A stretch of DNA of 62,782 bases, the filler included, from Nemertoderma westbladi (Eukaryota; Animalia; Xenacoelomorpha), in assembly GCA_032718475.1 (NCBI GenBank). It is 4 parts of 4 records of this genome, joined end to end, with 100 filler letters (N's around TTAATTAATTAA, not from the genome) between each part and the next. Parts side by side here need not be neighbours in the genome. Positions count along the whole stretch, not along the records: positions 1 to 18,460 come from JAUCBJ010003118.1; positions 18,561 to 43,905 come from JAUCBJ010008220.1; 2 more parts are not named here. One strand, written 5' to 3'. The notes under the pieces were generated by a model. The model ran no database searches and was not told where the DNA came from. It saw only the letters and a program-made list of their open reading frames with translations. Positions 11,232 to 23,241 of the stretch are shown here, piece by piece (within the stretch, counting starts at the first letter, position 1; each line of letters opens with the position of its first letter). A program made the position numbers and the translations under genes.

Positions 11232-12882
11232 CCCTTTCACTACTATGGCATAACAGTTAGGTCACACCTACTGGACTATGATGGCCTAGGTGTTATGCCA
11301 CGAAGTACTAGGAGCTCTGTGGCCACCTAAACATGTCAGTCTGATAGCTGACACACCCATTACATGTTCAGTACTCTTCCTCATAACAAAACGAAGTGGT
11401 AATTTCAAATTTTAATTGGTTGTTTTGGTTTTTGGTATGGCTGTAGGGCAGTAAGTATAATGGAATATAAAGGCCTGCTGGTGCTGGTAATAAAATGTCT
11501 GTCAGTCTGTCTGTCAAAAAATAAGGAAGCATATTATGTAATAAAAACATTCGCCATGGGGGTTTTCCAGGTAGCTGATCTCATTTCTGATGTCAGTTTT
11601 TACGACTGACCAACTCTAGGCTGTCTGTGTCTGTATGTATGTCTGTTTGTCTGTCTGTCAAAAAATAAGGAAGCATATTATGTAATAAAAACATTCGCCA
11701 TGGGGGTTTTCCAGGTAGCTGATCTCATTTCTGATGTCAGTTTTTACGACTGACCAACTCTAGGCTGTCTGTGTCTGTATGTATGTCTGTTTGTCTGTCT
11801 GTCAGTCTGTCTGTCAAAAAATAAGGAAGCATATTATGTAATAAAAACATTCGCCTTGGGGGTTTTCCAGGTTTTCTGATGTCAGTTTTCACGCCTGGCT
11901 CGACTCACGACACACTTGGGTGACAGACAAACAGACAGACACAGACAGCCTAGAGTTGGTCAGTCGTAATGAATTTATGTATTGGGCGTTGCTTTGAAGA
12001 ATACCATGGTTTGGAGAGATAGGAATTGTTTTAATTGCTATTACTAATGATATTATATTGTAATATTATTTGTTATATGATATTATTATTTTAGAGATAT
12101 TATTATTGGAATATTATTTGTGTTTGGTCTTAATAATTTGATAAAGGTGATTATAACCTCATTTACCATTAACTGTACTATGGCATATGTGTTAGGCAAA
12201 TACTACAGACTGTCAGACAGACAAACAGACATATATACAGACAGCCTAGAGTTTGTCAGTCGTAAAAAGTGATATCAGAAATGAAATCAGAGACCTAGAA
12301 AACCCCATAGCGAATGTTTTTTTATTACATAATATGCTTCCTTATTATTTGACAAACAGACTGACAGACAAACAGACATACATACAGACGCAGTCAGCCT
12401 AGAGTTGGTCAGTCGTAAAAAAGGACATCAAAAAGGAAATCAGAGACCTAGAAAACCCCCATAGAAAATGTTTTTATTACATAATAGGCTTCCTTATTTT
12501 ATGACAGACAGACTGATAGACAAACAGACATACATACAGACACAGACAGCCTAGAGTTGGTCAGTCGTAAAAAAGGACATCAGAAATGAAATCAGTGACC
12601 TAGAAAACCCCATAGCGAATGTTTTTATTACATAATATGCTTCCTTATTTTTTGACAGACAGACTGACAGACAAACAGACATACATACAGACACAGACAG
12701 CCTAGAGTTGGTCAGTCGTAAAAACTGACATCAGAAATGAAATCACCAACCCTTAAAACCCCCAAAGCGAGAATGTCAGTAGATTTAATTATTTCTTAAG
12801 TCTTGACAGACAAACTGACAGAAAGACCGACAGACATCAGTCTGTGGGGAACACATACAATCTTGAATCAGTAGTGAAAGGG
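11232..12882. mobile_element. Non-autonomous piggyBac-type element with internal inverted arrays of ~140-bp repeats
   Basis: TTAA|CCCTTTCACTACT ... AGTAGTGAAAGGG|TTAA (perfect 13-bp TIR, TTAA TSD); about 3 forward units at 11495-11890 and 4-5 reverse units at 11920-12760. Confidence 0.88.
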
Positions 12883-13149
12883 TTAACTGATTTTTTTTCT
12901 GATGATTTTATTCACCTCTATTGGTACTTTTTGTTACTTAATTCTTTAATAAAATATAGAACGAAATACAGTAGTGTTCCAAAATAAACATGTAGAACTG
13001 CATTACTTTACTACAGTATATTCAAATCAAATATTGCTTCCATATACAGTGGATACTGCGATTCCACTCTTCAACTCCTGAAGCTATCTTACTCAATGTT
13101 AAATAATTTAATCTACTATAATATTATTTATTAGTTAAATGGTGCAATT

Positions 13150-14200
13150 AGTTAAATTAGGTGCAGACATTCTAGCCAATAGGCTATCTTAATTGGTTAA
13201 TTATTCTTTTAGTGCTGGTATAATTCCAAATATTTTAAAAGTTGCAAAGGTTGTGCCTGTATATAAAGGTGGCTCTCCTGTAGATGTAGGTAACTATAGG
13301 CCCATTTCAGTTCTCCCATTGCATTATTCAGCAAGATTTTTGAACATTTCATTTAAGACCAGTTGATTTCATATTTTAACAGTAAATCTATATTGTATCC
13401 CAAACAATTTGGTTTTCGTAAGAATCACGCAACATATCAAGCTTTAATTTTAATGACTGAAAAGATTCGAGAAGTTTTTGATAATAAAGAATGTGCTGGA
13501 ATGATAAATATTGATCTCAAAAACGCGTTTGACACGCTAAATCATAAATTATATTGGGTAAGCTTAAAATGTATGGTGTACGAGGTAGGATTCATGCATT
13601 ATTGAAAAATTATTTATGTGATCGATCTCAGTCTCAGTATGTAGTAATAAACAATTCATGTTCTAGACCCAAACCAATTACGTGTGGCATCCCACAAGGA
13701 AGTATTCTGGGGCCATTGTTCTTTTCGATTTATATCAATGATCTTCCAAATGCGTCGACTTTTTTTCTGTTCTTTTCGCTGACGATACCAGTCTCCTAGC
13801 AACTTCCAAAAACATGTCTGATTTAATTGGCGCTGTTAATGTAAACTTGGACTTGCTAAGTGATTGGTTGAGTGCAAACAAATTATCATTAAACCTGGTA
13901 AAAACTGAATATTTAATATTTTGCAATTCAATGTATGACCGAGGGTCTCTTCCAAATCTCAAAATTAAGGAAAACACTAAACAGGTGCAAAGTACGAAAT
14001 ACATAGGAACTACAGTAGGCCTACAGTTGATAAACTAAATTTGACATGCCATATAGACTACATTTTGAAAAAAATATCTAAATCCATAGGTATTTTCTAT
14101 AAACTGAGACATATGTTTCCATTATCTATTTTGAAATTATTGTATTTTTCATTAATTCATCCATACATTAAGTATCTCTTATTGTTTGGGGCAGGCCCGT
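13150..14200 (+). mobile_element. CR1/L2-group LINE reverse transcriptase pseudogene fragment
   Basis: NYRPISVLP, QFGFRKNH, IDLKNAFDTLNH, GIPQGSILGPLFF.IYINDL, FADDT, NKLSLN..KT across frameshifts. Confidence 0.85.
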
Positions 14201-15399
14201 TTGGTAACCATTATATCTTGGTGGGGGGGGGGGGGGGGGGCAGAGGCCAAATATGGGGCAAACCCATAACTGGGATTGGGGGGTATTTGGATTGGGGAGT
14301 TAATTTTGTATATAAAGTCAATATTGTTTAATGGTGTGTGGGGCAAGCCACAAAGTTGGCGGAGCCGTGGCAAACTGACTGTTAGGAGGTGGGGCAATTC
14401 TGGCAAATAGTTGTTGTCGTTACGATTTTGACATGCCACTATCTTTGTCGGATTTAATTAAACCTGTCGAGTTTAAAATTTGTAGGAATAAATATGTCCA
14501 AAAATTAAGGTTAAAATTACACAAAAGAAAATTTTAGATATGTATACCAGCGCAAGCAACCATCAGCGCCTAGTCCATTACTATTACCTTGCAAGCTGGC
14601 TCCCAAACTGCAGTCAATAGGTCAACAGCGAACAACCCCTGCCAAGGTAGCCAATGAGAGAACCTGGAGCTTCCTTGTATGTTTAGTAATTATATGAGCT
14701 GCAATCTGATAGGCCTAGAGTAAAGTGTAATTAAATCACTATCAAAATCTATAAAGAGATGCGGTCTGCCAACAAGCTTTCCTGTGAGTAGCAATATAGA
14801 ACAAATACATAACGGTAGACCATACAATGTAATTTGGCACAGGCTCTGCCAGTGCCAGTGCCAATGCCAGGGCCAGTGCCAGTGCCATTATAATTGCACC
14901 AAATGGAATGGTGGGGAGTCAGGTCAGGTCAGTGGGCAGAAGTATTATGTGAATCCAATAATATTGATTACCAAAAATATTATTATTAATTAATTATGAA
15001 CAAGACAAGAGAACAAGACATGACTGGCAGACTGGGGGGCATTGGGTCTTGACAGGGGGGGGGGGGGGCAGTGCCCCCAAAGCCCCCCCTCCCCTCCCCG
15101 CACGGTACGGGCCTGGTTTGGGGATCGGCGTGCGCAACCTACATTTATCGTATCAAAAGTTAGAGTCAATAAATTACTACGTGCAATTACATTCAGTGAC
15201 TGGAAATCTCCATCAGGTCCTTTGTATAGGCCTATAGGCCTACGGCTAAGTATTCTTCCAGTTTCTGATCTATATACGCTCCAAGTGGCGCAACCATGTA
15301 TGATGTATTTAACAATAATCAACACCAACTTTCCACGATTTTTACTAAAGTAGTTAACATTCATAGATATCAAACTGAAACTAGATCTGCGTCTACTAA

Positions 15400-16440
15400 T
15401 TAATTTTATTCTTAAATTGTTACCTTTTCGCTCAAATTCACCCCAAAATCGGGAGAAAAGTTGCACTTTTTTCCCTAGGGAAAAAAGTAACCCATTGCAT
15501 TGATTTTACTTTTTTCCCGGCGAAAAAAAGTAAAATAAAATATTATTGGTGTAATTTCTTAAATATTATTAAATATGTTGAAAGAACATCGACGTAGAAA
15601 AGGTTTGCACGTAATTTGAGCAAAATCCATGCACGCACTCAAAAGTTACAGTATGACAAATTTAGTGTGCGGGGTACTCCAAAACGGAACTAATGAGACT
15701 GAGACTAATGGTTAACTGCTAGCCTAATATAAACAAACAATTAATTAAAAGCAATCCATTCATGTTTAAATGGTCAAAATTTGTGTAAATCAAATGAAAG
15801 TTAATTTGTTTTAAATTAGATTAGATTTTATGTTATACAGTAGTAATTTAGTTTTAGTTGTAGGGCCTATGTTACTTTTTTAGAGTAACCTAACTTGTTA
15901 TTTGGTTGTTCGTTCGCTCCTTGATATTATAGGCCTAGTTCATTTAATAGTGTAGTTTAGTCTTTAATATTTTCCCAATAGATGTTTTGGATGTTGGGCC
16001 TATTAAATTTGATTTTATTATCTGATGTGCTCCAGACAATGGCAACGTGATATTCGTTTGTGTGGATTTCGCTAAAATTACGTTCAAAACATTTTCTGCT
16101 TAGATGCTCTATATCAACCCATGTAATGTAATTTACTGTAAGTAATTCCATCAAAATTATTTTTACATTTTCCTATTTTACTTTTTTTCGCCGGAAAAAA
16201 GTCAAACCATTACAATACTATGGGTTGCTGTAGGTCTACTTTTTTGCCTATTATTATTTATTATTATTAACTATTTATATAGCGCTCTTCTGTGCCAGTT
16301 TCAGAGCGCTTAAAAAATAAATCAAAATGTAATCATAAAAATTTTAAGAAAAAATAGGCCTTGGAGAAGAGTGTTCATTTTTCTCCCGATTTTTGGTATA
16401 TTTGAGCGAATAAGTAACAATTTATGAATTAAATTATTTT
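15400..16440. mobile_element. Non-autonomous DNA-transposon-like element with ~75-bp inverted repeats; related sequence at 44305-44910
   Basis: AAATTGTTACCTTTTCGCTCAAATT..CCAAAATCGGGAGAAAA at 15415 is inverted at 16365-16430; internal palindromes TTTACTTTTTT..CCGG..AAAAAAGT. Confidence 0.5.
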
Positions 16441-16599
16441 CAGTATTTAACATACCCTCAATCTCTCATTGTCTTGCTTTAGGCTCACCAAGGCAATGAT
16501 CACCGGAGAAGAGGCGTAGTAGTTAATTCATTGCAGTTGTACTGTATTCTGTCTGCTTGTGGTAGCTGCCAAAATATACAATAAACTGATTCCACCGTA

Positions 16600-17853
16600 T
16601 ATAGGATTAGGCCTCATATAGAGAAACTACTGCGTAAGAGCCAAAACAGATTTCGACCAAGTAGATCAACAATAGCTCAGATACTTGCACTACGGAGACT
16701 GATTGGAGGAAATAAGTCAAAGAATCTCCCCGCAGTCATGACGTTTGTGGACTTCAAGAAGGCATTCGACTCCATCCATAGAGGTAAAATGCTTGAAATC
16801 CTAAGAGCTTATGGAATACCAGAAGTAATTGTTGCTGGCATTGGATTGTTATATATTGTGACACAGAAGCCGACTCTCACCAGATGGTGAAACTGAGTTT
16901 TTCTCAATCCTGGCTGGCGTACTGTAAGGTGACACATTAGCACCATTACTATTTGTAATTGTGCTGGATTACGCAATGAGGACGGCCACAAAGGGTGAAG
17001 ATCTGGGATTCACACTTCAAGAACGCAGAAGTAGTAGATATCCGGCAACTACAGTCACAGACACCGACTTTGCGGATGATATCACCCTGCTCTCTAATAC
17101 GCTAGCAGATGCACAGCTTCTACTAAATAAAGTGAGGAGGGCTGCTAAGGAGGTTTGATTCATATAAATGCTACCAAGACCGAATGCATGACCTTTAATG
17201 TTGATGGAAACTTGACAACCATTGATAATAATCAACTAAGGAAGGCGATGACTTCCAGTATCTTGGATCATGGATAGAGAGTAGCAAAAAGGACATAGAA
17301 GTTAGGAAAGCAAAGGCTTGGGTAGCTCTATCAAAAATGGATACCATCTGGAATCAGATCTCTCCAGGCACCTGAAGACTAAGTTCTTTCGAGCCACAGT
17401 GGAAAGTGTATTTTTATACGGGGGTGAGACCTGGACACTGACTAAATCACTTGAACAACGAATTGATTGGTTGCTACACAAGACTACTGAGGGCAGCCCT
17501 AAATTATATTATTATTTTATATATACTAAACATCAGCTGGAGACAGCACATGACAAACGCCGAGCTTTATGGCACAATACCGCCTGTATCAACCACCCTC
17601 CGTGAACGCAGATTAAGATTCAGTGGGCACTGCTGGCGAAGTAAAGACGAGGTCATACCAGATCTACTTTTCTGGCAACCAACTCATGGAAAGCGTAGTC
17701 GTGGACGACCGGCCATAACATATATAGATCAACTTGAAAGGGATACTGAACTTGGGAGAAACGAAATTGCGTCAACTACGGAGAATCGGGAAGCCTGGAA
17801 GGATCTCATTTCCACTGTCCGAGTTCGCTCGACCTACTACTAGTAGTAGTAGT
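16600..17853 (+). mobile_element. RTE-like LINE (family B), 5'-truncated RT pseudogene with (TAG)n tail
   Basis: FVDFKKAFDSIHR, DTDFADDI, FFRATVESVFLYG, GRPAITYIDQL; ends TACTAC(TAG)n. Confidence 0.9.
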
Positions 17854-18460
17854 ACAGTAAGTAATGTATTCAGAACTCCTGCCTACAAACCCATACTCAA
17901 AACATCTCGATGCGATGATGACGCTACTCTTTAAAACAATACATATGGAGAATAAATAATCGACAATTTTATTGTGGGAAACCATGTGGGGATTTTATTG
18001 TGTGTTCTAAAAAATGTTGCTAAATATGGCAAAAATAGATATACTACTGATGTTACAACATAGGAATACACATGGCGTCAATAGTTGACAATTTTATTGT
18101 GGGAACCTGCACTGGAACTACATTGCGGCCGTTCGTTTCTGTATTACTGAAAAACACATGTTGTATTATAGGGTAGATAATATAATATTAAAAATGTAGG
18201 CCTACTTCATTTTGGAAAATTAAAGTTAGGAATATAAGTATATAGTATTAGCTATATAACTATATAGAACTAAAGTACCAAAACTAAAATATTCACCTGA
18301 TTCTTCAGCTTAATTATATAAAACCCTCGAGTTTATTTTGGAATATCCGAATATTTCAGTGACTCCAAATTACCTATCATGGAATGCTTACGAGTTTGTC
18401 TAATTGTTTTAGTTGGTATAGCGGCGTCAGTCACAAACGCTTGCGATTATCCCATACAAT

Positions 18461-18560
18461 NNNNNNNNNNNNNNNNNNNNNNNNNNNNNNNNNNNNNNNN
18501 NNNNTTAATTAATTAANNNNNNNNNNNNNNNNNNNNNNNNNNNNNNNNNNNNNNNNNNNN
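18461..18560. other. Assembly gap with artificial TTAATTAATTAA linker
   Basis: 44 N + TTAATTAATTAA + 44 N; same construction at all three gaps. Confidence 0.97.
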
Positions 18561-18587
18561 CAATGTCACTTCTTTCATTATCATACA

Positions 18588-18599
18588 TGGCGCTGCGAG
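18588..18599 (+). promoter_or_regulatory. Primer-binding site TGGCGCTGCGAG (tRNA-Ser-like)
   Basis: Immediately follows the LTR-terminal CA; begins with TGG, complementary to CCA. Confidence 0.75.
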
Positions 18600-18660
18600 T
18601 ATTAAAGAACCAGTGAGATAACCCATCTACTTATACACTGTAGGTCACTTAACTATAAAA

Positions 18661-21600
18661 ATGGGAGATAAAACCGAATTGTCAACAGACCAATTACAGG
18701 CCATCATTAACGCTGCTGTCTCTGCAGCCGTTTCTCAGATGGCAAATGTACCGTCAAATTCAGCTCAGAATGAAACAATACGGGGACTACAGATCCCTAT
18801 TCTTGATTTGGGCATCGATAAATCTCCAAAAAGTTTTTCTGACTGGAAACTGACTTGGGAAGACTATGCCAATCTCTCCGGTTTGACCACTTTCCCAGAA
18901 TCAAAACAAATGCGCGTCCTTCGACTGGCTCTATCCGCTGAAACCAGGGATATTCTAAACGCATTTGATTTACCTGAAACCAGCACAGTTCCAAATGCCA
19001 TTGCTCGTTTGGAGACTTATGTAAATGGTGCAGTCAATATAACAATGGAACGACGAACATTTCGCCTAAGACACCAGGAGGAGGGCGAATCCATAGAGGA
19101 CTGCTATCTTGCTCTGAGAAACCTAGCTCGTTCATGCAAATTCAATGACCCGGAAATCGATCAGTATAACCAAGCACTAAAAGACCAACTAGTTGAAGCT
19201 CTCACTAATGAAGAGGACAAACAAAAGGTCTTGAAATTACGGGATGCCCCTTTGAATACCATAATTGATGAGTTAAGAGCTGAAGAATCTGCATCAGCCA
19301 GTGCTGCTGCTATTGTTAAAAAGGAACCAGCCATCAATGCTGCTAAGTCTTCCACCTACAAAGGAAACAAATGGAAAAATAAGGCAACTCAAAATGATGA
19401 TACAACATCACACAATCAACAGAGTAAAAGGTTGTGTAAATGGTGTGGTGGAACCTGTTCATCAAAGGACGTTTGTCGTGCCAAAGATAAGATATGTGGC
19501 TTCTGCGACATAAAGGGCCATCTATCATCTGTCTGTAGAAAAAAGAAATACTCAGGATCTCCAGAAACCAACGATATCTTGACTGTCACTATCATGCGAT
19601 CAGGAGCATCTCAGAGCCCATCTGTCAAAAGTTCCCCTACAACTATCATTGGTGTACAACATCATGATTTTAAAACATCAATTCCTATGCTTCCTGACTC
19701 TGGAGCTGACCTATGTGCAGTAGGACCAAAATTTATCAAACTTCTAGACATTGATATTGACAATCTCGCCCCTTCACCTTATATAACCACAGTCGCGGAT
19801 GGTTCTAAAATGTACCCATTAGGCAAGGTGCGAAATGTCACACTAACAAAAAATAATCAGAAAGTGGAAACAGACATTCACGTTTTCCCACACGTCTCAA
19901 CTCCACTTCTGTCATGGACAGTAGCAAAGAAATTCAAGATAATTTCACCAACATTTCCAGAGCCATGGGTAACTGAAACCTGTTCAAAAAATAGTCCACC
20001 ATTAAGCAATAAATCTCAAACAGCATCAAATACAAACCAATCAAGAACTTATGCAGAAGTTGTTTGTCAACAACCTCTTACAAACACTTTTCAAACCAAA
20101 AACGCTGCCACTAATAAAGAGAATACCAATAAAAGGGATGAGGACAAAATTAATATTTTAAAGGAGTTTAAAGATGTATTCTCCGATGAAATAAAAGTAA
20201 TGCCAGGTGAACAATATCACATCGACTTAAAACCAAACGCCAAGCCGTTTTCCATTAGTGCACCAAGGACAGTTCCATTAGCATATCGTGATAGACTCAC
20301 AGCTGAATTAGAACTGCTCACATCTAAGGGAATAATAGAAAGAGTTAGTCATCCAACCGACTGGGTGGCTCCGATTGTTGTTGCTCCAAAAAAAGGCTCT
20401 GATAATATACGAATGTGTGTTGATCTCAGTCAACTAAATCGCCACGTACGCCGTGAACGTTATTGGACACATTCGCCAATGGAGGCTGTAGCAGGAATCC
20501 CAACCACTTCCCAGTGGTATACTGTGATTGACGCTGTTAAGGGCTATCACCAATGTCCACTTGATGATGAGTCAAAAGATCTTACAACTTTCCTCACACC
20601 GAATGGGAGATACCGCTTTCTCAGAGCACCATTTGGAGTTAGTTCAATCAGTGAACACTATAACCGAAGAATGGATGAAGCTTTGGAAGGAATTCAATTC
20701 GTGAGAAAAATTGTAGATGATGTATTGATATTTGGAGCAACCTACGACGAATTAATTAGCCGAACACATGCTGTACTACAAAGATGCCGTGAACGGGGTA
20801 TCACTCTTTGTCAGAAAAAGCTTCAATTTGCTCAACAAGAAGTATGTTTTGCTGGCTATGTAATTTCAGGAGGCTCATACCACACAAATCCAGATATCAC
20901 AACAGCAATAAAATCATACCCAACACCCACAAACAGAACAGACATTCGCTCTTTCTTTGGACTTGTAAATCAGGTCTCACCCAAGACATCTGCTATTGAA
21001 CCTCTCCACCATTTACGTGAACTCCTCTCTACAAAGAAAGACTTCATATGGGATGCAACACATGACAAAGCTTTTGCACAAGCCAAAGAAATACTCTCAG
21101 AGGCAATATCATTAGGATTCTTCTCAGCAAACCATGACACCCAATTGATAACAGATGCCTCTAGAATAGGTCTTGGCTATATCCTCCAACAACGTCCTCA
21201 AGGAGAGACTGGTGAGTGGACAACTATACAAGTTGGATCTCGTTTCCTAACAGACACTGAAACAAGATATGCAGTAATAGAACTTGAACTACTTGGCATT
21301 GCATGGGCTTGTAAGAAATTGGATAAATTTGTACAAGGATTAGATTTCACTATTCTTACAGATCATAAGCCTATTGTGCCAATCTTAAACAGTCACCGTT
21401 TAGACGAAATAGAGAACCCACGCCTCCAACGTCTTCGTCAACATCTTATGCCTTATGCTATTACAGCAAAATGGATAAAGGGGTCTACCAATATTGCAGC
21501 AGATGCACTATCACGAAATCCTGTCAATGGCGATAATCAAACAGTAGATATGGCCGATATTGAACCAAGTGATGTGTCTACAAGGATATACGACTCAAAT

Positions 21601-22644
21601 AAATCGCCTTCTATACATGAAATCAGACTATTTTCATCCGGCACAAGAGATGAGGATCTGCGAGTTGCTGAGCTGAGAAAATATGCCATTGAGGATGGTG
21701 AATACATCCACCTTCGTGAAATAATCTCCAAAAGTGGTTTTCCAAATACTCCTTCTGAACTGCCAGAGAATATTAGGAAATATTGGAGTGTCCATTCCGA
21801 TCTCACTGTTGAAGATGGTCTTATCCTACTAGGCTGTCGTCTACTAGTCCCAGCAGCTCTTCGTGCAACAGTCTTATCACGGCTCCATGAAGCACATCAA
21901 GGTATCACCCGCACAACAGAGAGAGCACAACTGAGTTTGTATTGGCCGGGAATGTTTAATGACATAACCTCATTTATTAGTTCATGTCGCTTCTGTCAAG
22001 AGAGATTACCAGCCAAACCACGGGATCCTCTTATACAAAAGCCATTACCAGAACGACCATTTCAAGAAATAGCCAGTGATCTCGCTATAGTTAGTGGAAA
22101 ACAATACCTGATCAATGTATGCTGCTACAGTGACTGGCCTGAGATACATTGTTTGGGAAATAATTCCACATCCCCTGCAATCATTGACTCTCTAAAAGAC
22201 TTCTTTGTCCGGACATCAGTCCCAGATGTATTTTGGTCTGACAACGGCCCACAATTCAAATGTCATAAAATGAAAGAATTTATGGCTGACTGGGGAATAG
22301 AACATAAAACCAGCAGCCCCCACCATCCACAATCGAATGGAAAAGCAGAAGCAACTGTAAAATCAATGAAAAAGTTAATTCAATCCAACCATAAAGGACA
22401 CGTACTCAATATTGACGGTCTAAGACGCGCTCTTCTTTCATACAGAAATACGCCATGTCGCCGCGATGGCCTATCCCCTGCTATGAAACTGTACGGCCGA
22501 CCAATTCAGGATCGCCTACCAGCTCACCGTTCTTCCTTCGACCCAAAGTGGATAAAACAACATCGTACAATTGATGAACGAACAACAAATACACAGATGA
22601 AGGCTAAAGCATACTTCGACATACATACATACACGGCCCAATGA
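18661..22644 (+). CDS. Gag-Pol polyprotein (gag with Zn knuckles, protease, RT, RNase H, integrase)
   Basis: CGFCDIKGHLSSVC; DSGAD; CVDLSQLN, IDAVKGYHQ, PFG, IVDD; TDAS, YAVIELELL, TDHKP; HEAHQG...CRFC, SDL, SDNGPQF, SNGKAE. Confidence 0.95.
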   Translation: MGDKTELSTDQLQAIINAAVSAAVSQMANVPSNSAQNETIRGLQIPILDLGIDKSPKSFSDWKLTWEDYANLSGLTTFPESKQMRVLRLALSAETRDILNAFDLPETSTVPNAIARLETYVNGAVNITMERRTFRLRHQEEGESIEDCYLALRNLARSCKFNDPEIDQYNQALKDQLVEALTNEEDKQKVLKLRDAPLNTIIDELRAEESASASAAAIVKKEPAINAAKSSTYKGNKWKNKATQNDDTTSHNQQSKRLCKWCGGTCSSKDVCRAKDKICGFCDIKGHLSSVCRKKKYSGSPETNDILTVTIMRSGASQSPSVKSSPTTIIGVQHHDFKTSIPMLPDSGADLCAVGPKFIKLLDIDIDNLAPSPYITTVADGSKMYPLGKVRNVTLTKNNQKVETDIHVFPHVSTPLLSWTVAKKFKIISPTFPEPWVTETCSKNSPPLSNKSQTASNTNQSRTYAEVVCQQPLTNTFQTKNAATNKENTNKRDEDKINILKEFKDVFSDEIKVMPGEQYHIDLKPNAKPFSISAPRTVPLAYRDRLTAELELLTSKGIIERVSHPTDWVAPIVVAPKKGSDNIRMCVDLSQLNRHVRRERYWTHSPMEAVAGIPTTSQWYTVIDAVKGYHQCPLDDESKDLTTFLTPNGRYRFLRAPFGVSSISEHYNRRMDEALEGIQFVRKIVDDVLIFGATYDELISRTHAVLQRCRERGITLCQKKLQFAQQEVCFAGYVISGGSYHTNPDITTAIKSYPTPTNRTDIRSFFGLVNQVSPKTSAIEPLHHLRELLSTKKDFIWDATHDKAFAQAKEILSEAISLGFFSANHDTQLITDASRIGLGYILQQRPQGETGEWTTIQVGSRFLTDTETRYAVIELELLGIAWACKKLDKFVQGLDFTILTDHKPIVPILNSHRLDEIENPRLQRLRQHLMPYAITAKWIKGSTNIAADALSRNPVNGDNQTVDMADIEPSDVSTRIYDSNKSPSIHEIRLFSSGTRDEDLRVAELRKYAIEDGEYIHLREIISKSGFPNTPSELPENIRKYWSVHSDLTVEDGLILLGCRLLVPAALRATVLSRLHEAHQGITRTTERAQLSLYWPGMFNDITSFISSCRFCQERLPAKPRDPLIQKPLPERPFQEIASDLAIVSGKQYLINVCCYSDWPEIHCLGNNSTSPAIIDSLKDFFVRTSVPDVFWSDNGPQFKCHKMKEFMADWGIEHKTSSPHHPQSNGKAEATVKSMKKLIQSNHKGHVLNIDGLRRALLSYRNTPCRRDGLSPAMKLYGRPIQDRLPAHRSSFDPKWIKQHRTIDERTTNTQMKAKAYFDIHTYTAQ

Positions 22645-22681
22645 CTCATTCAAAATAGGGGCAAATGTTTTAATATGGAAT

Positions 22682-22978
22682 ATGATAACCCGTCGGTGGA
22701 ACTTATCTGGTAGCGTTATAGAGGTAATAAACCCACGTAAATACGTTGTTCGAACTACCAGCGGGCGTGTTCTAACACGCAATAGAAAACATCTACATCG
22801 CCAACAAATACTACCTGCACCCATTCCGGTGAACGTCAAACCGCACGTAGATCACTCGGAAAATCCACAACCGATGAACACTATGGGAAAACCAATACAT
22901 TCTACAACATGTCCACCTCTGCGTAGAAGTTCTAGACAAGTTCGAAGACCAATACGCTTAATAGAGGAGATGGAATAA
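22682..22978 (+). pseudogene. Frameshifted C-terminal segment of the integrase
   Basis: W..SG.VIEV..PRKYVVRT.SGRVLTRNRKHL; rejoins the main ORF if a 4-bp TACA duplication at ~22630 is removed. Confidence 0.8.
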
Positions 22979-23042
22979 AAACTGTTTTCATTCTAAACCT
23001 GAATCAATAACTGAACAATACACCGATTCAGGCTGGGGGAGG

Positions 23043-23241
23043 TGTAGGATAGTGATCACTATCAGTATCAACTGTATGTACATATAAATGTAAACCTATA
23101 TAAGTAACAAGGGAGATTATTATTCTAGAACTGAGATGAAAGAACATAGCTACACTATACGAATATCTTGTATTCTAATATTTATATAATTAAAGTAATA
23201 CATGAAGATATACTCAATGTCACTTCTTTCATTATCATACA
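23043..23241 (+). repeat. 3' LTR (199 bp, TGTAGGAT...ATCATACA)
   Basis: Follows the PPT; terminal 27 bp match 18561-18587. Confidence 0.92.

Larger units (their letters stand above)
18561..23241 (+). mobile_element. Gypsy/Metaviridae LTR retrotransposon (Mag-like), nearly intact; most of the 5' LTR lies in the gap
   Basis: 5' LTR end 18561-18587 is identical to the end of the 3' LTR; PBS, gag-pol ORF, PPT (GGGGGAGG) and TG...CA 3' LTR all present. Confidence 0.95.

Noticed and set aside
18505-18516. TTAATTAATTAA motif recurring three times in the window
   Set aside because: Always centred in an N run of identical size; scaffolding linker with stops in all frames
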